From: Candidatus Bathyarchaeia archaeon
GTDB taxonomy: Archaea > Thermoproteota > Bathyarchaeia > Bathyarchaeales > Bathycorpusculaceae
NCBI GenBank assembly: GCA_038882975.1
Contig: JAVZNE010000001.1
Span: 32,001 to 96,000 of the forward strand
Length of the DNA stretch: 64,000 bases
Direction of reading: 5' to 3'
Part shown: positions 9,705 to 18,812 of the stretch, piece by piece
Layout of the letters: every line of letters begins with the position of its first letter
How positions within the stretch are numbered: position 1 is the stretch's first letter
Made by a program: the position numbers and the translations under genes
Notes under the pieces: model-generated
The model's input: only the letters and a program-made list of their open reading frames with translations
Database searches by the model: none
Told to the model about the DNA's origin: nothing

Positions 9705-10115
9705 TTAACCCTTCCTAAAAACTGTTTTAAGAAGCTCCTCCAAGCCCAGAACAGGCTTGTCTGGAGCTGGCTCCACAGTGGCCGGAATCCCCTTAAAGGA
9801 TGGCATACCAATGCCATGAGTTTCAGGGTCAACAACAACGTTCGCCCAAAGACCATAAGGGATAAACACCACACCGGGATGCGGCGCCCTCAAAGATTTC
9901 TTGGCTTTAACCACCACAGAGCCGAAAGCTGTTGAAACTTGAATGTTTGTTCCATCTTTTACGCCGAGCTTTTTCATGTCTTCTGGATCCATGTAGCAGA
10001 CTGAGACGCTTTCCACATACTCTTTGGAGGATTTTCCCCGCTCTTTTCCAGCGCCCTGCTCTATTGTCCGTCCAGTCAACAATGTAACTTTAAGCTTAGG
10101 CTTTTCTTCCATCAC
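9705..10115 (-). CDS. fwdD: Formylmethanofuran dehydrogenase subunit D
   Basis: TGRTIEQG, FIPYGxWAN, GMPSFKG. Confidence 0.94.
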   Translation of the reverse strand: MMEEKPKLKVTLLTGRTIEQGAGKERGKSSKEYVESVSVCYMDPEDMKKLGVKDGTNIQVSTAFGSVVVKAKKSLRAPHPGVVFIPYGLWANVVVDPETHGIGMPSFKGIPATVEPAPDKPVLGLEELLKTVFRKG

Positions 10116-10240
10116 TCAACCTCAACATTATCTATTAAACGCCCTAACATCCTTGAAAGCTACATACAGAAAACTCAATCCTAATTAATTTATCCCCTTT
10201 AAAGGCTGGAAAATCATGTATTTTTGGTTGCTGGAAAAGC

Positions 10241-10270
10241 CAATAGCAGGCTATCCCCTCTAGTTTTCTG
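10241..10270 (+). repeat. Partial copy of the CCCCTCTA element, just downstream of the citG stop
   Basis: ggctatcccctctagtttt; the dyad part is weak. Confidence 0.35.
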
Positions 10271-10271
10271 T

Positions 10272-11234
10272 TTATGGTCTGTAGCCGCCCAGAACAGCCA
10301 ATGCAAGGGCAGCCGCAATAATGTCCGCTGTTGTTCCCGGATTTAAAAGATTGCTTTCTTTTCGCAGCATGGAGTCAAATTCGCGGAGCCTTTCCCTCCC
10401 AATGGCGGTTTTAAGCCCGCCGCTTTTCAAGACTTCTTCAGCCACGGCTGAGACTTCGCAAGCCCTTTTAAGCCCGACCTTTCTTGCGATAAATGTGTCT
10501 GGATGCTTAGCTAAAACTGCAAGGAAAGTATGGATTATCGCTGTGTTTAGGTCTCCATCATCCTTAAGATTTCGCATTAACATTGGATAGGCATATTCGA
10601 AGGTTACTGGGTAATTGTTAACCCATTCTGAGCAAACCATGTCATAGGGTGAGGCTATTTTAAAAACTTGGTAGAGCGAAATTCTCTCATCAATAATGCG
10701 TTTCACAGAGTTTGGGTCATTAACGTCTAGGTCTGGTGCTTTTCCCAAACCGCTGGGCTTGGCAATCCCAACAGCCTCATAAACTGCAACGGCATCGTCA
10801 GGCGTTGTTGCCTCAACAACCCTTCGCAGGTTTTGCCTCAAAACAGAAAGGTTGAAAACACCTTTTTCATCCGTTGTCATGCCAGCCGCCACAGCCAAAG
10901 GCATAAAAAGGATTATTGTGCCAAGCAGCGTGTTGCCGCCACTCTGCCAAGCATGCACGTCGGCTACACAATCGCGGATAATTCTTCCAACACCAACATC
11001 TTCCACGCCTATATCGCCATTTAAAACGGCTATGCCCCGTTCAGCAGCCAACCTAAAATGGGGAGCCGCCGCCACAGCAGAAGCCAAAAAATGCATGTGA
11101 TTGGTGCCCTCGAAACCAACCACCAGGTTCACGTTTCCAGGCTTGTCAGCACTAACTTCAAGGAGGATAGCTAACTCTAAACAGCGCGAAACATGCTCAG
11201 CTTTGTTGAACGGGAAAGGCATCAAACATTGCAC
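10272..11234 (-). CDS. citG: CitG-family triphosphoribosyl-dephospho-CoA synthase homolog (archaeal H4MPT-linked type)
   Basis: LEVxxxKPGNV, GNTxLG, PDTFIARK, NPGTTAD motifs; true start may be at 11222. Confidence 0.9.
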   Translation of the reverse strand: MQCLMPFPFNKAEHVSRCLELAILLEVSADKPGNVNLVVGFEGTNHMHFLASAVAAAPHFRLAAERGIAVLNGDIGVEDVGVGRIIRDCVADVHAWQSGGNTLLGTIILFMPLAVAAGMTTDEKGVFNLSVLRQNLRRVVEATTPDDAVAVYEAVGIAKPSGLGKAPDLDVNDPNSVKRIIDERISLYQVFKIASPYDMVCSEWVNNYPVTFEYAYPMLMRNLKDDGDLNTAIIHTFLAVLAKHPDTFIARKVGLKRACEVSAVAEEVLKSGGLKTAIGRERLREFDSMLRKESNLLNPGTTADIIAAALALAVLGGYRP

Positions 11235-11321
11235 CTTACAGTATATTTTGCATGGAAAGGCTTATTAACGTTGTGTAAAAAATTACACAGCAATTACCAA
11301 AAATACATAAGGTGGAGCAAA

Positions 11322-12071
11322 ATGCTGCGAAAATATTTTGCAAACGTTTTTCTCTTGGCTTTAACTGGAGTTTGGACGGCTCTGAACTTGGCATTTGCAT
11401 TGATACCAACATACCCGATTTTGGGAACACCAGCAGTTATAACATTGTCTGGAATCGTTTTTTCAGCATTAACAGCCCCTCTACTCGGTCCATTTTGGGG
11501 AACCATTTCAGGCTTCATATTTGGGTGGCTGGTTCCCTACGTGAACCCATCAACAAATATGGGTTTGCTGACATTTCTCGGACCGACCATGTGCGCATTG
11601 ATGGGCGGACTACTGCTATTTAACAGATGGAAAGAGGCGACACTAGTTCTCGCAGTCCAGCTGGCTGTATGGTTTGCCCATCCATTTGCATGGTACCAAT
11701 TAATGCCAATTATAACATGGCAGTACATACCAGTCGCAATATTTATTCTCGTACCGCCGATAAGAAAATGGATTATAAACGCCATAACAGCCAGAGACAA
11801 CCCAACAAAAATGATAGTAGCCCTATGGTGCCTCGCATGGACTGCACGAATAGGCGGCGAAGTGGCAGCCAGCAACAACAATGCCGTTTGGGTTTTGGGT
11901 TGGGGCGTTCCCGAAATGTATGCTTTCTGGGCGCCATTGACAGCCTATTATGCCATTGCTGACTCACTGAACAGTCTTGCAGGAGCCATCATTGGGGCTG
12001 CGGTGCTTATGGCGCTTAAAAGGACTAATATAAGGACCCTCGCAATAGATTCCTTGGAGTCCAAGACTTGA
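11322..12071 (+). CDS. ECF S-component-like membrane protein (about 250 aa, 7-8 TM)
   Basis: N-terminal ALxxxxxxIP.PI.G...T.S....LLGPxxG pattern typical of S components; ATG at 11322 follows GGTGGAG; stop overlaps next start (TTGA). Confidence 0.65.
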   Translation: MLRKYFANVFLLALTGVWTALNLAFALIPTYPILGTPAVITLSGIVFSALTAPLLGPFWGTISGFIFGWLVPYVNPSTNMGLLTFLGPTMCALMGGLLLFNRWKEATLVLAVQLAVWFAHPFAWYQLMPIITWQYIPVAIFILVPPIRKWIINAITARDNPTKMIVALWCLAWTARIGGEVAASNNNAVWVLGWGVPEMYAFWAPLTAYYAIADSLNSLAGAIIGAAVLMALKRTNIRTLAIDSLESKT

Positions 12072-13099
12072 GAAAAACGTTGGCAGAACTGCGAGAAGGA
12101 TACCTCATAGAGTCTGTTGAGGGCGTAATCTTTGACGTGAAGGGGCTAGTTCACCCGCCAGACAAAGTAATAGCTTTCCCCCGTTTTATTTCAGACTTGA
12201 AGGGTCCCCGCATCCGCAAAGGTGTCAGATACGGCAAAGTTTATAGTCTTTCTGAAAGGTTTGCCTTTCTTAAAAGAGCCATTCCAGAGTGTGTTGTCCA
12301 CGACCCAGTTTTTGACGAGAAACTTTGCGAAGTTCCACTAGAAAAGGTCAAAAAAGCCTACAGTCCAGTTGAGGGCTTAAGAAGGCTTAGGAAAAGCGAA
12401 AAACTTGATAGTCTTGAAAGGACGGCTCTACAATGCCTCACGACTCTAAAGGAAAAAGCGAAAGTGCCATGGAACAAACTTGGGGTTTCTGGTTCAGTTC
12501 TGGTTGGCTTGCACACCATGGCTTCAGACATCGACCCGGTCGTTTATGGCACTAAAAACTGCCGAAAAGTGCACGCAACCTTAAAGAAACTGCTTGAGGA
12601 GGGCGACACGCCTTTTAAACCCTACAGCTTAGAGGATTTGCGGAGGCTTTTCGCTTTCCGTTCGAAAGACACTTTTATGAGCTTCGATGACTTCGTAAAG
12701 GTCGAGTCTAGAAAGGTTTTCCAAGGCAAGTTTATGGATAGAGACTATTTCATCCGTTTTGTAAAGGACTGGAATGAAGTTGGCGAGAAGTATGGTGATG
12801 TCCGCTACAAGAATTGTGGTTATGCGAAGATTGAGGCGGTTGTTGTTGATGATTCTGAAGCCATATTCACGCCGTGCACCTACAAAATTGAAAATGTCAA
12901 GATTGTTGAGGGACCAAAACTCGAGCCAATAAGGGAGATTGCATCCTTCCGCGGAAGGTTCTGCGAACAAGCGAGGAAAGGTGAGACTGTTGTGACGCAG
13001 GGAAAACTTGAACAAGTAATGGACTATAGAAGTGGCTATGAGTATTTTAGGCTGCTTCTTGGGAATAAGCCCACAGACTACATGATTCTAAAAGGCTAA
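12068..13099 (+). CDS. Predicted pol-beta-superfamily nucleotidyltransferase (COG1665-like), paralog 1
   Basis: GVSGS-x9-SDID motif; N-terminal FxVxGxxHP; C-terminal OB-like SFRGRFCEQA..GE..GKLE. Confidence 0.85.
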   Translation: MRKTLAELREGYLIESVEGVIFDVKGLVHPPDKVIAFPRFISDLKGPRIRKGVRYGKVYSLSERFAFLKRAIPECVVHDPVFDEKLCEVPLEKVKKAYSPVEGLRRLRKSEKLDSLERTALQCLTTLKEKAKVPWNKLGVSGSVLVGLHTMASDIDPVVYGTKNCRKVHATLKKLLEEGDTPFKPYSLEDLRRLFAFRSKDTFMSFDDFVKVESRKVFQGKFMDRDYFIRFVKDWNEVGEKYGDVRYKNCGYAKIEAVVVDDSEAIFTPCTYKIENVKIVEGPKLEPIREIASFRGRFCEQARKGETVVTQGKLEQVMDYRSGYEYFRLLLGNKPTDYMILKG

Positions 13100-14178
13100 A
13101 ATTTTGATGGCTCTGCAACCTTTAAAACTTGCTCGTAATAGCGAGGTCCATAGGTTAATGTTATTTGGTGGAAGCCCCCGCCGTTTCGCAACTCAACTTT
13201 TTCAAGGTTTCCTTCAGCATAAACGGTCTCATCCTTCCACGCCTGCATCCTAAACTCCTCAAGATAGGAGACAACCCTTCTCAAGTCCTCAACCCTTGGA
13301 CCCCCAACAATCTTAACAGTTTCAACATGGTAGATTGAGGGCATGAAAAGCGCTTCAGAATCATCCTTTACGCGGAGATAAGCCTTAACCCAACCTTCAC
13401 GGGTTATCCTCATAATTTGGCTGTATTCGTTGATGATTTCGCTCCAGCCTTTAACAGGTTCAAACTCAACCTTAATAGCCCTTTTAGAAGCCTCGTCGCG
13501 GAAAACTCCATAGATTGTTTTGCGCCTCTGGTGCCAGACAAACTCTTTTGGGCTTATGTTCTTGAAGCGCCAAGCCTTTCCTCTGATGGGTGAGTCGTCC
13601 TCAAACTCGTTGGAAAACCGCGAGCCTTTATCCATGTAAAGCTCTTGTAGAATTTCTCGTATCCGCTCCAAATTTTTCCTGCCATAAACAACTATGTCGA
13701 TGTCAGAAAACCTCGAATGGTAAAAGCCTTGGAGAAGCGAACCGAAAACACCAAAATCCTCCATGGATAAGCCAGAACGGACCACGGTTGCTTCAAGAAC
13801 CTTTTGAAGGGCCTTTAAAAGCTCGTCTTTAGGCTCTTTTTCAATAAGCCTTTTTAGGGCTTCTTCCGGCTTTCTGACACTCGCCACATCAGAGTGCCTC
13901 ACGCCTACAACTTTTCTACCAATAGGCTCATGCAAAATCATGTATTGCGGAAAGTTTGCCTCAACAAAACGCCAGCCCTCATCCTCATAAAACTTGTAAA
14001 AGACATTTGCGCCGTCGGTCCGGTAAGCTTTCGGGTTTGAGGATTCGAAAAGGCTGGAAGGCGCATACTCAGCATCACATATGAAACCGCCTGGAGGGTG
14101 AGTGTAGCCAAAAACTCGGAAAATCAAGCCTTCGGGTGTTACTATTGCGTCCCGGTCCCTAAGCCTTAAACTGGCCAA
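13096..14178 (-). CDS. Predicted nucleotidyltransferase (COG1665-like), paralog 2
   Basis: [28 protein letters not shown]. Confidence 0.85.
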   Translation of the reverse strand: MASLRLRDRDAIVTPEGLIFRVFGYTHPPGGFICDAEYAPSSLFESSNPKAYRTDGANVFYKFYEDEGWRFVEANFPQYMILHEPIGRKVVGVRHSDVASVRKPEEALKRLIEKEPKDELLKALQKVLEATVVRSGLSMEDFGVFGSLLQGFYHSRFSDIDIVVYGRKNLERIREILQELYMDKGSRFSNEFEDDSPIRGKAWRFKNISPKEFVWHQRRKTIYGVFRDEASKRAIKVEFEPVKGWSEIINEYSQIMRITREGWVKAYLRVKDDSEALFMPSIYHVETVKIVGGPRVEDLRRVVSYLEEFRMQAWKDETVYAEGNLEKVELRNGGGFHQITLTYGPRYYEQVLKVAEPSKF

Positions 14179-15203
14179 ATGTACTCTTCCTCGCTGCCAG
14201 CGGTTCCAACAACAACTTGATGGAACGCTTCGCCACTCCCAACTTTTTCCACACGTTCCAGCATGCCCGAAACTTCCATTTTTTGGCCGTTTTTGGCGAC
14301 GTTTCTATAGCATCCAATCATGGAGACAACAGCCTCCGGAACCATTTCCTTTGGAAGCTTTGAGATTTGGCTTAGCGGCGTATAGTCTTCAATTTTGTAT
14401 ATGGCTGGGCGGAACATGGCTTCACTGTCGTCTTTAACTTTACATTGGAATCTAACCGAGGCTATTGGCGTGTAGAAGTATTCGCCATATTTGGTTGTTA
14501 CTTCCTCTGGTTTGCGGACGGCATTATACATGAAAATCTTTTCGCGGTAACGCCCCTTAAACCGTCTCGCGGCGTCCAAACGGTTGTTAAACACATAGCT
14601 TAGGGTTCCCTCCTCAACAAGCTTGTCAATCGCCTTTTCCACTTTTCGGAAGTTTCGGCTGCCGTAAACAACTATGTCAATGTCTGACTCTTGAGAGTGC
14701 ATGTTTAGGGCTATGGAGCCGTGAACACCAAAATCTTCAAGGGCGACTTTCGAAGCGTTGGAAACCAAATCCAAAAAATCAAGCGTCATCCTCTGCAGTT
14801 TATCCAGCCTTTTCATCTTCAAAAGCCTTTGAAGACGTTCCAAAGGAACGTACACTCGCCTAATACTTTCTAGTGGTGCGCTGATGACTTCCTTTTTTCT
14901 GAAGGGACAGTGGTAAACATAGTCTGGGAAGTTTCTCCTAAAAACTTCTAGGAAAGTTTGGTAGTTTTTCGCCGTGTAGAGCTTCTCAGCCCTAAAAAGC
15001 TCAGTTTCCCCATAACGCCACGTCCTTTCTAAAAGGCGAACGCTGAAGAGTTCTTTGAACTTTGATGGAATGTATTTTAGAAAGGCGAAGACGTGCTTTT
15101 GTGGGTGCTCATAGCCAAAAACGTTTAGTATGAAGCCTTCTTTGGTTGTGAATGTGTCTCCGTCCGTTGGAAGCCAGTTTTTAGGCGCAGCCGTCAATGT
15201 CAC
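14166..15203 (-). CDS. Predicted nucleotidyltransferase (COG1665-like), paralog 3
   Basis: [28 protein letters not shown]. Confidence 0.85.
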   Translation of the reverse strand: MTLTAAPKNWLPTDGDTFTTKEGFILNVFGYEHPQKHVFAFLKYIPSKFKELFSVRLLERTWRYGETELFRAEKLYTAKNYQTFLEVFRRNFPDYVYHCPFRKKEVISAPLESIRRVYVPLERLQRLLKMKRLDKLQRMTLDFLDLVSNASKVALEDFGVHGSIALNMHSQESDIDIVVYGSRNFRKVEKAIDKLVEEGTLSYVFNNRLDAARRFKGRYREKIFMYNAVRKPEEVTTKYGEYFYTPIASVRFQCKVKDDSEAMFRPAIYKIEDYTPLSQISKLPKEMVPEAVVSMIGCYRNVAKNGQKMEVSGMLERVEKVGSGEAFHQVVVGTAGSEEEYIWPV

Positions 15204-15298
15204 CTTGATAAAATTTGGCTGACTGTTTTAAAAGTGTTGACGCTGGAGAGAAAACAATTTAAGATTAACGGTAAAGACTTTCTGATGGTGCATTCAGA

Positions 15299-15769
15299 GT
15301 GAGTTCCCTACATCCCTATGTAGTTTTTCTTCCAGCCGAGGAAAAAAATCGCATACTAAGTGCAATTTTCGGCTCTAAGGCTTCCCTTGCCATTTTAAGA
15401 TTCTTCCTTAAAACCGGAATTTCGAACAAGGTTTACCAGAAAGACCTTGTTAGGAAGCTTTCTTACTCAAACAAGACGATAATTGAAAACTTGAAAACTT
15501 TGACCAAGCTTGGAATCTTAACGGAGAATATGGAGAAAACGCAGCATGAAGGACGTGTGGTTTGGGTTAAATTCTATAAGCTTTCGGACGCTGGAAAATG
15601 GTTCGCCCTTCTTTTAGCAGAGGAAAAGGAACTTACGGACAAGGAAAAGGCGGAAGTACTACAAAACATTTTCAGAAGCTACATAAAATGGGTAAAAAAC
15701 CTATCGGAAAAACTCCACATGGAAAAAGCTACGTTTAAAAGAATCTTTAGCGAAGAGATGGCAAGTTAG
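15299..15769 (+). CDS. Winged helix-turn-helix transcriptional regulator
   Basis: Helix-turn-helix YSNKTIIENLKTLxKLGIL followed by wing ...YKLSDAGK. Confidence 0.75.
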   Translation: MSSLHPYVVFLPAEEKNRILSAIFGSKASLAILRFFLKTGISNKVYQKDLVRKLSYSNKTIIENLKTLTKLGILTENMEKTQHEGRVVWVKFYKLSDAGKWFALLLAEEKELTDKEKAEVLQNIFRSYIKWVKNLSEKLHMEKATFKRIFSEEMAS

Positions 15770-15945
15770 ATTTGGGACTCGTGAAAAAATTATTAAGGAA
15801 AAAGAGGTGTTTGGAGAGCAGCCCTTGCAGAGCGCCATGCTTATTTATGGGGTTTGGAGATTCCGAGGGGGGAGAAGGGGGAGAAAGGAGAGCTTTTAAA
15901 AATATAGAAGTGGTTTCTCCAAACCTTTCCACTTTGTGGGCGCTC

Positions 15946-17139
15946 CTATAGGGCTTTGAAGGCTTCAAACCACCTGTTGTATAGAGCTAGCATGTCGAGG
16001 GAAACGCTTGGTTTTCGCTCTTCAAGAATCTGCCTAAAATCACTCATGCGCAGAGGTCTTGGCTTGGCAAGCTTATTCGATGCTTGACCAGACTCGAAGA
16101 ATTCACCTATAACTTTTAGGTGGGCTGCTTGGCAGACATCTTTTATGTCGCTTCCTGAAAAGCCTTCTGAAAGCCTAGCCAACTCATGCAAGTCCACATC
16201 AGGGGCCAAAAGCAAATTGCTTGTATAATGTTTAAACATCATTAAGCGGGCGTGGTGGTCTGGAAGCGGCACGAGGATGCGCTTTTGGAAACGCCTAATG
16301 AAGGGCCAATCCAGATCCCAAGGCTTGTTTGTAGCGCCGATAACGTAGACGTGGATGTTTTTACCCTTGTCTATTATGCCGTCCATTTCCTTCAAAAACT
16401 GGTTTCGCACCCGAACTTCGCCGCCCACTTCGTTAGAATGCTTCCCCATCAAAGAGTCCAACTCGTCAATGAAGATTATGGCTGGCTTCTTATCATCCAA
16501 AGCAGATTTTCTAGCAGATTCAAAAAGACGGGCAACATTCTGCTCAGCTTCACCCAACCACTTGGACATTATCGAGGCGGCATCCACAGAAATGAAAACC
16601 GCGTCAATTTCTGTTGCAGCTGCCGCTGCCAACAAGGTTTTGCCGCATCCGGGCGGCCCAAATAGAAGTATGCCCCTAGGCCAGCCAAGTGGAAAAAGGT
16701 CTGGCCTTTGAACTGGGTAGATTATGGCTTCCTTTATGGCTTTCTTTGCAGTGTCAAGTCCAATAACTTCGTCCCATTTCACGTTTGGCTTTTCCTTAAC
16801 GATTAGATCTTCGTAGCTGGCCTTCTTTTCTTCGCCTGTTTTTGCTCCTTCAACACCTTTGGCTTCCATTGCTCTTGGCTCTGTTGAGCCAACTGCTCCC
16901 TGCAGCACCTTTATTCTTTCCTGGTAGGCTATAGCCCTTTGAATGTAAACCTTGTTTAGGCTGTAGTCTGGATAAAGCTGGACAAGCTTCAGAAGAGTTT
17001 CTATGGCCTTCTGATACATGGTTATAGCCATGCCCCTTGCCCCCTGCTTGTCAAGGCGAACAGCCTCTAATGCGTAATTTGTGGCGGATTTTTCAAGTTC
17101 CTGCGACGCTTCCATGGAGAGTTCACCTTCTAGCTTCAA
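15946..17139 (-). CDS. cdvC: CdvC / Vps4 AAA+ ATPase with N-terminal MIT domain
   Basis: MIT helices (A..A..LDKQG..AI..Y..AI), Walker A GPPGCGKT, SKWLGE pore loop, IDELD, C-terminal FKAL; likely start at ATG ~17115. Confidence 0.95.
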   Translation of the reverse strand: MKLEGELSMEASQELEKSATNYALEAVRLDKQGARGMAITMYQKAIETLLKLVQLYPDYSLNKVYIQRAIAYQERIKVLQGAVGSTEPRAMEAKGVEGAKTGEEKKASYEDLIVKEKPNVKWDEVIGLDTAKKAIKEAIIYPVQRPDLFPLGWPRGILLFGPPGCGKTLLAAAAATEIDAVFISVDAASIMSKWLGEAEQNVARLFESARKSALDDKKPAIIFIDELDSLMGKHSNEVGGEVRVRNQFLKEMDGIIDKGKNIHVYVIGATNKPWDLDWPFIRRFQKRILVPLPDHHARLMMFKHYTSNLLLAPDVDLHELARLSEGFSGSDIKDVCQAAHLKVIGEFFESGQASNKLAKPRPLRMSDFRQILEERKPSVSLDMLALYNRWFEAFKAL

Positions 17140-18040
17140 TCTTTATCTTGCCCTTAGCCCCAAGACTTTGAAGAGCCTTCTCAATATCCTCATATGAGGC
17201 GCCCAACTCCCGAGAACAACGTGTCAAGTCTATTTCGCCTCCGCTTTTCCGAACATATTCCAGGAGGGCTTCTTCAAGGGTTGGTTTTCCAACTCGAAGC
17301 GAAATCTCCTGAATTTCAGCCTTTCTAAAGGAGATGAGTTGCTGAGAGTTGCTCCCTTCAGTTTCGATGGTTTCGCCGCCCACGGATTGGGAGCATGAAG
17401 CGGCTAGGGCAACCATCTGCTTAATCTGGGCTTGGGCTGGCTCAAGTTTCACCTCCAATTGTGGTGTTGGTGTTTCCTCCTGCATAGCGGGCGGTTCAGG
17501 AAGTTTCTCAGCTAATCGCTTCTCCAAGAAACTTGAAACTTCTTTCAGAATCTGCTCTCCAGCCGGCGTAACTCTGTCAACCGGAATTACCACTTCATCA
17601 GCGGATATCTTTGTGGAATAAATTGTCTCGCCTATAACGTCGTTGATTTCGCTAAGTTCTGAGGAGACCTCAGGCAAAACATTAAAGAGCTGTTTGGAAA
17701 CGCTTTGGAGAGTTCTCAAAGCTGGCTTTAGGTCTATGATTATGTCGCTTAGCTCTTTCACGGTTTCGAGGCGGAGGATAACCCTTTCAATTGCAAGCTC
17801 CACTTGCTGGAGAAAATTGATTAACTTTCGAACTTCGGCAAGCTCATTTGCGCATATTGCGGCTCTTTCCTTGTTGTTGGTTCTCAGCGCCGTTACGCAT
17901 GTCTGGAATAGGCTTTTGTCCCTCTCCTTAAGCCTCAGCGACGCTTGAACTACTCTGTGTTGTTGTATTCGCAGTTTATGCACCGACTTGATTATAACTT
18001 CCCGTAGTGGTGGAGGGGTTTGGGTGAAAGGATTTTTTAT
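17123..18040 (-). CDS. cdvB: CdvB (ESCRT-III/Snf7 core, MIM2-like motif, C-terminal winged helix)
   Basis: ANELAEVRK..ERVILRLETV core, KLPEPP, C-terminal wH; frame stays open upstream of the GTG at 17983 to an ATA at 18040 preceded by GGAGGGAG. Confidence 0.88.
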   Translation of the reverse strand: MKNPFTQTPPPLREVIIKSVHKLRIQQHRVVQASLRLKERDKSLFQTCVTALRTNNKERAAICANELAEVRKLINFLQQVELAIERVILRLETVKELSDIIIDLKPALRTLQSVSKQLFNVLPEVSSELSEINDVIGETIYSTKISADEVVIPVDRVTPAGEQILKEVSSFLEKRLAEKLPEPPAMQEETPTPQLEVKLEPAQAQIKQMVALAASCSQSVGGETIETEGSNSQQLISFRKAEIQEISLRVGKPTLEEALLEYVRKSGGEIDLTRCSRELGASYEDIEKALQSLGAKGKIKIEARR

Positions 18041-18071
18041 TTTTGCTCCCTCCGCCCGCTACGCAGAAGCC

Positions 18072-18797
18072 CTAAATTCCGGATTCGCCTGCTTCTTTCA
18101 CGTAAACTATGACTGGTGGTTCTGGAAGACTTGGAGACGGGGGAGTTGGGGCTTCCTCAACATGCTCTTCAGCAACTGTTTTCGGCGGCGCCTCTCCTAA
18201 CAAAATATTTGAAAGCTTGCTCTTCATACTTTCAAGGTCTGTCTTCTCCAAATTCGCCCTCTTTAGGCACTCTTGAATCGTCGTGAATGCCGCCTGATAA
18301 GATTGGTCGTCAACCTCGCCTATTTCATGCTCCACTTCCAAGTGGACAAGTGCATAATTTAGTTCTCTAATCTCCTGGTTGCATCTCTCAATCTCTTTAT
18401 CGATTCTTTCCAGCATGGTTTGGGCTTCACTTTTAAGCTGGTTTAGGGCGCCCTCAAAACTTCTATGCAAGTCCTCATAAACTTCTGGTGAAATCTTCTT
18501 TTTCTCCAGAAGCTCTTTTAGGGCCTGGTCTTTACGCCATATAAGTGGAATTTGGTCGCAGAAAACCGAGGTGTCATATTTAACTTTTGAAAGGAAAATT
18601 ACGTCTGAGCCTTCAACCTTTATGGTTCCAGCCGGATACTTAACGAAGCGCCCATCACTGTGCCTTATGTAAACGGCGTCCACCACACCATGGGGCTTTA
18701 CAGCTAAGGATGCTACCTCGCCTATTGGGCGTCCATACTCATCTTTAACGACTTTACCAAGGGACAAAAAAAGATTGGAGTCTTGCGGCATAGACAT
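18072..18797 (-). CDS. cdvA: CdvA-like protein (PRC barrel + coiled coil + C-terminal ESCRT-III-binding peptide)
   Basis: GKxVKDxYGRxIG PRC start, helical core with HEIGE, C-terminal PEPPVIVYV; lies upstream of cdvB-cdvC. Confidence 0.9.
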   Translation of the reverse strand: MSMPQDSNLFLSLGKVVKDEYGRPIGEVASLAVKPHGVVDAVYIRHSDGRFVKYPAGTIKVEGSDVIFLSKVKYDTSVFCDQIPLIWRKDQALKELLEKKKISPEVYEDLHRSFEGALNQLKSEAQTMLERIDKEIERCNQEIRELNYALVHLEVEHEIGEVDDQSYQAAFTTIQECLKRANLEKTDLESMKSKLSNILLGEAPPKTVAEEHVEEAPTPPSPSLPEPPVIVYVKEAGESGI

Positions 18798-18812
18798 TCC
18801 TCCATCATATTG

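Noticed and set aside
12068-15203. MNT-HEPN toxin-antitoxin or CBASS defence system
   Set aside because: The NTases are ~350 aa multi-domain proteins with no adjacent HEPN or Cap effector, and the context is housekeeping
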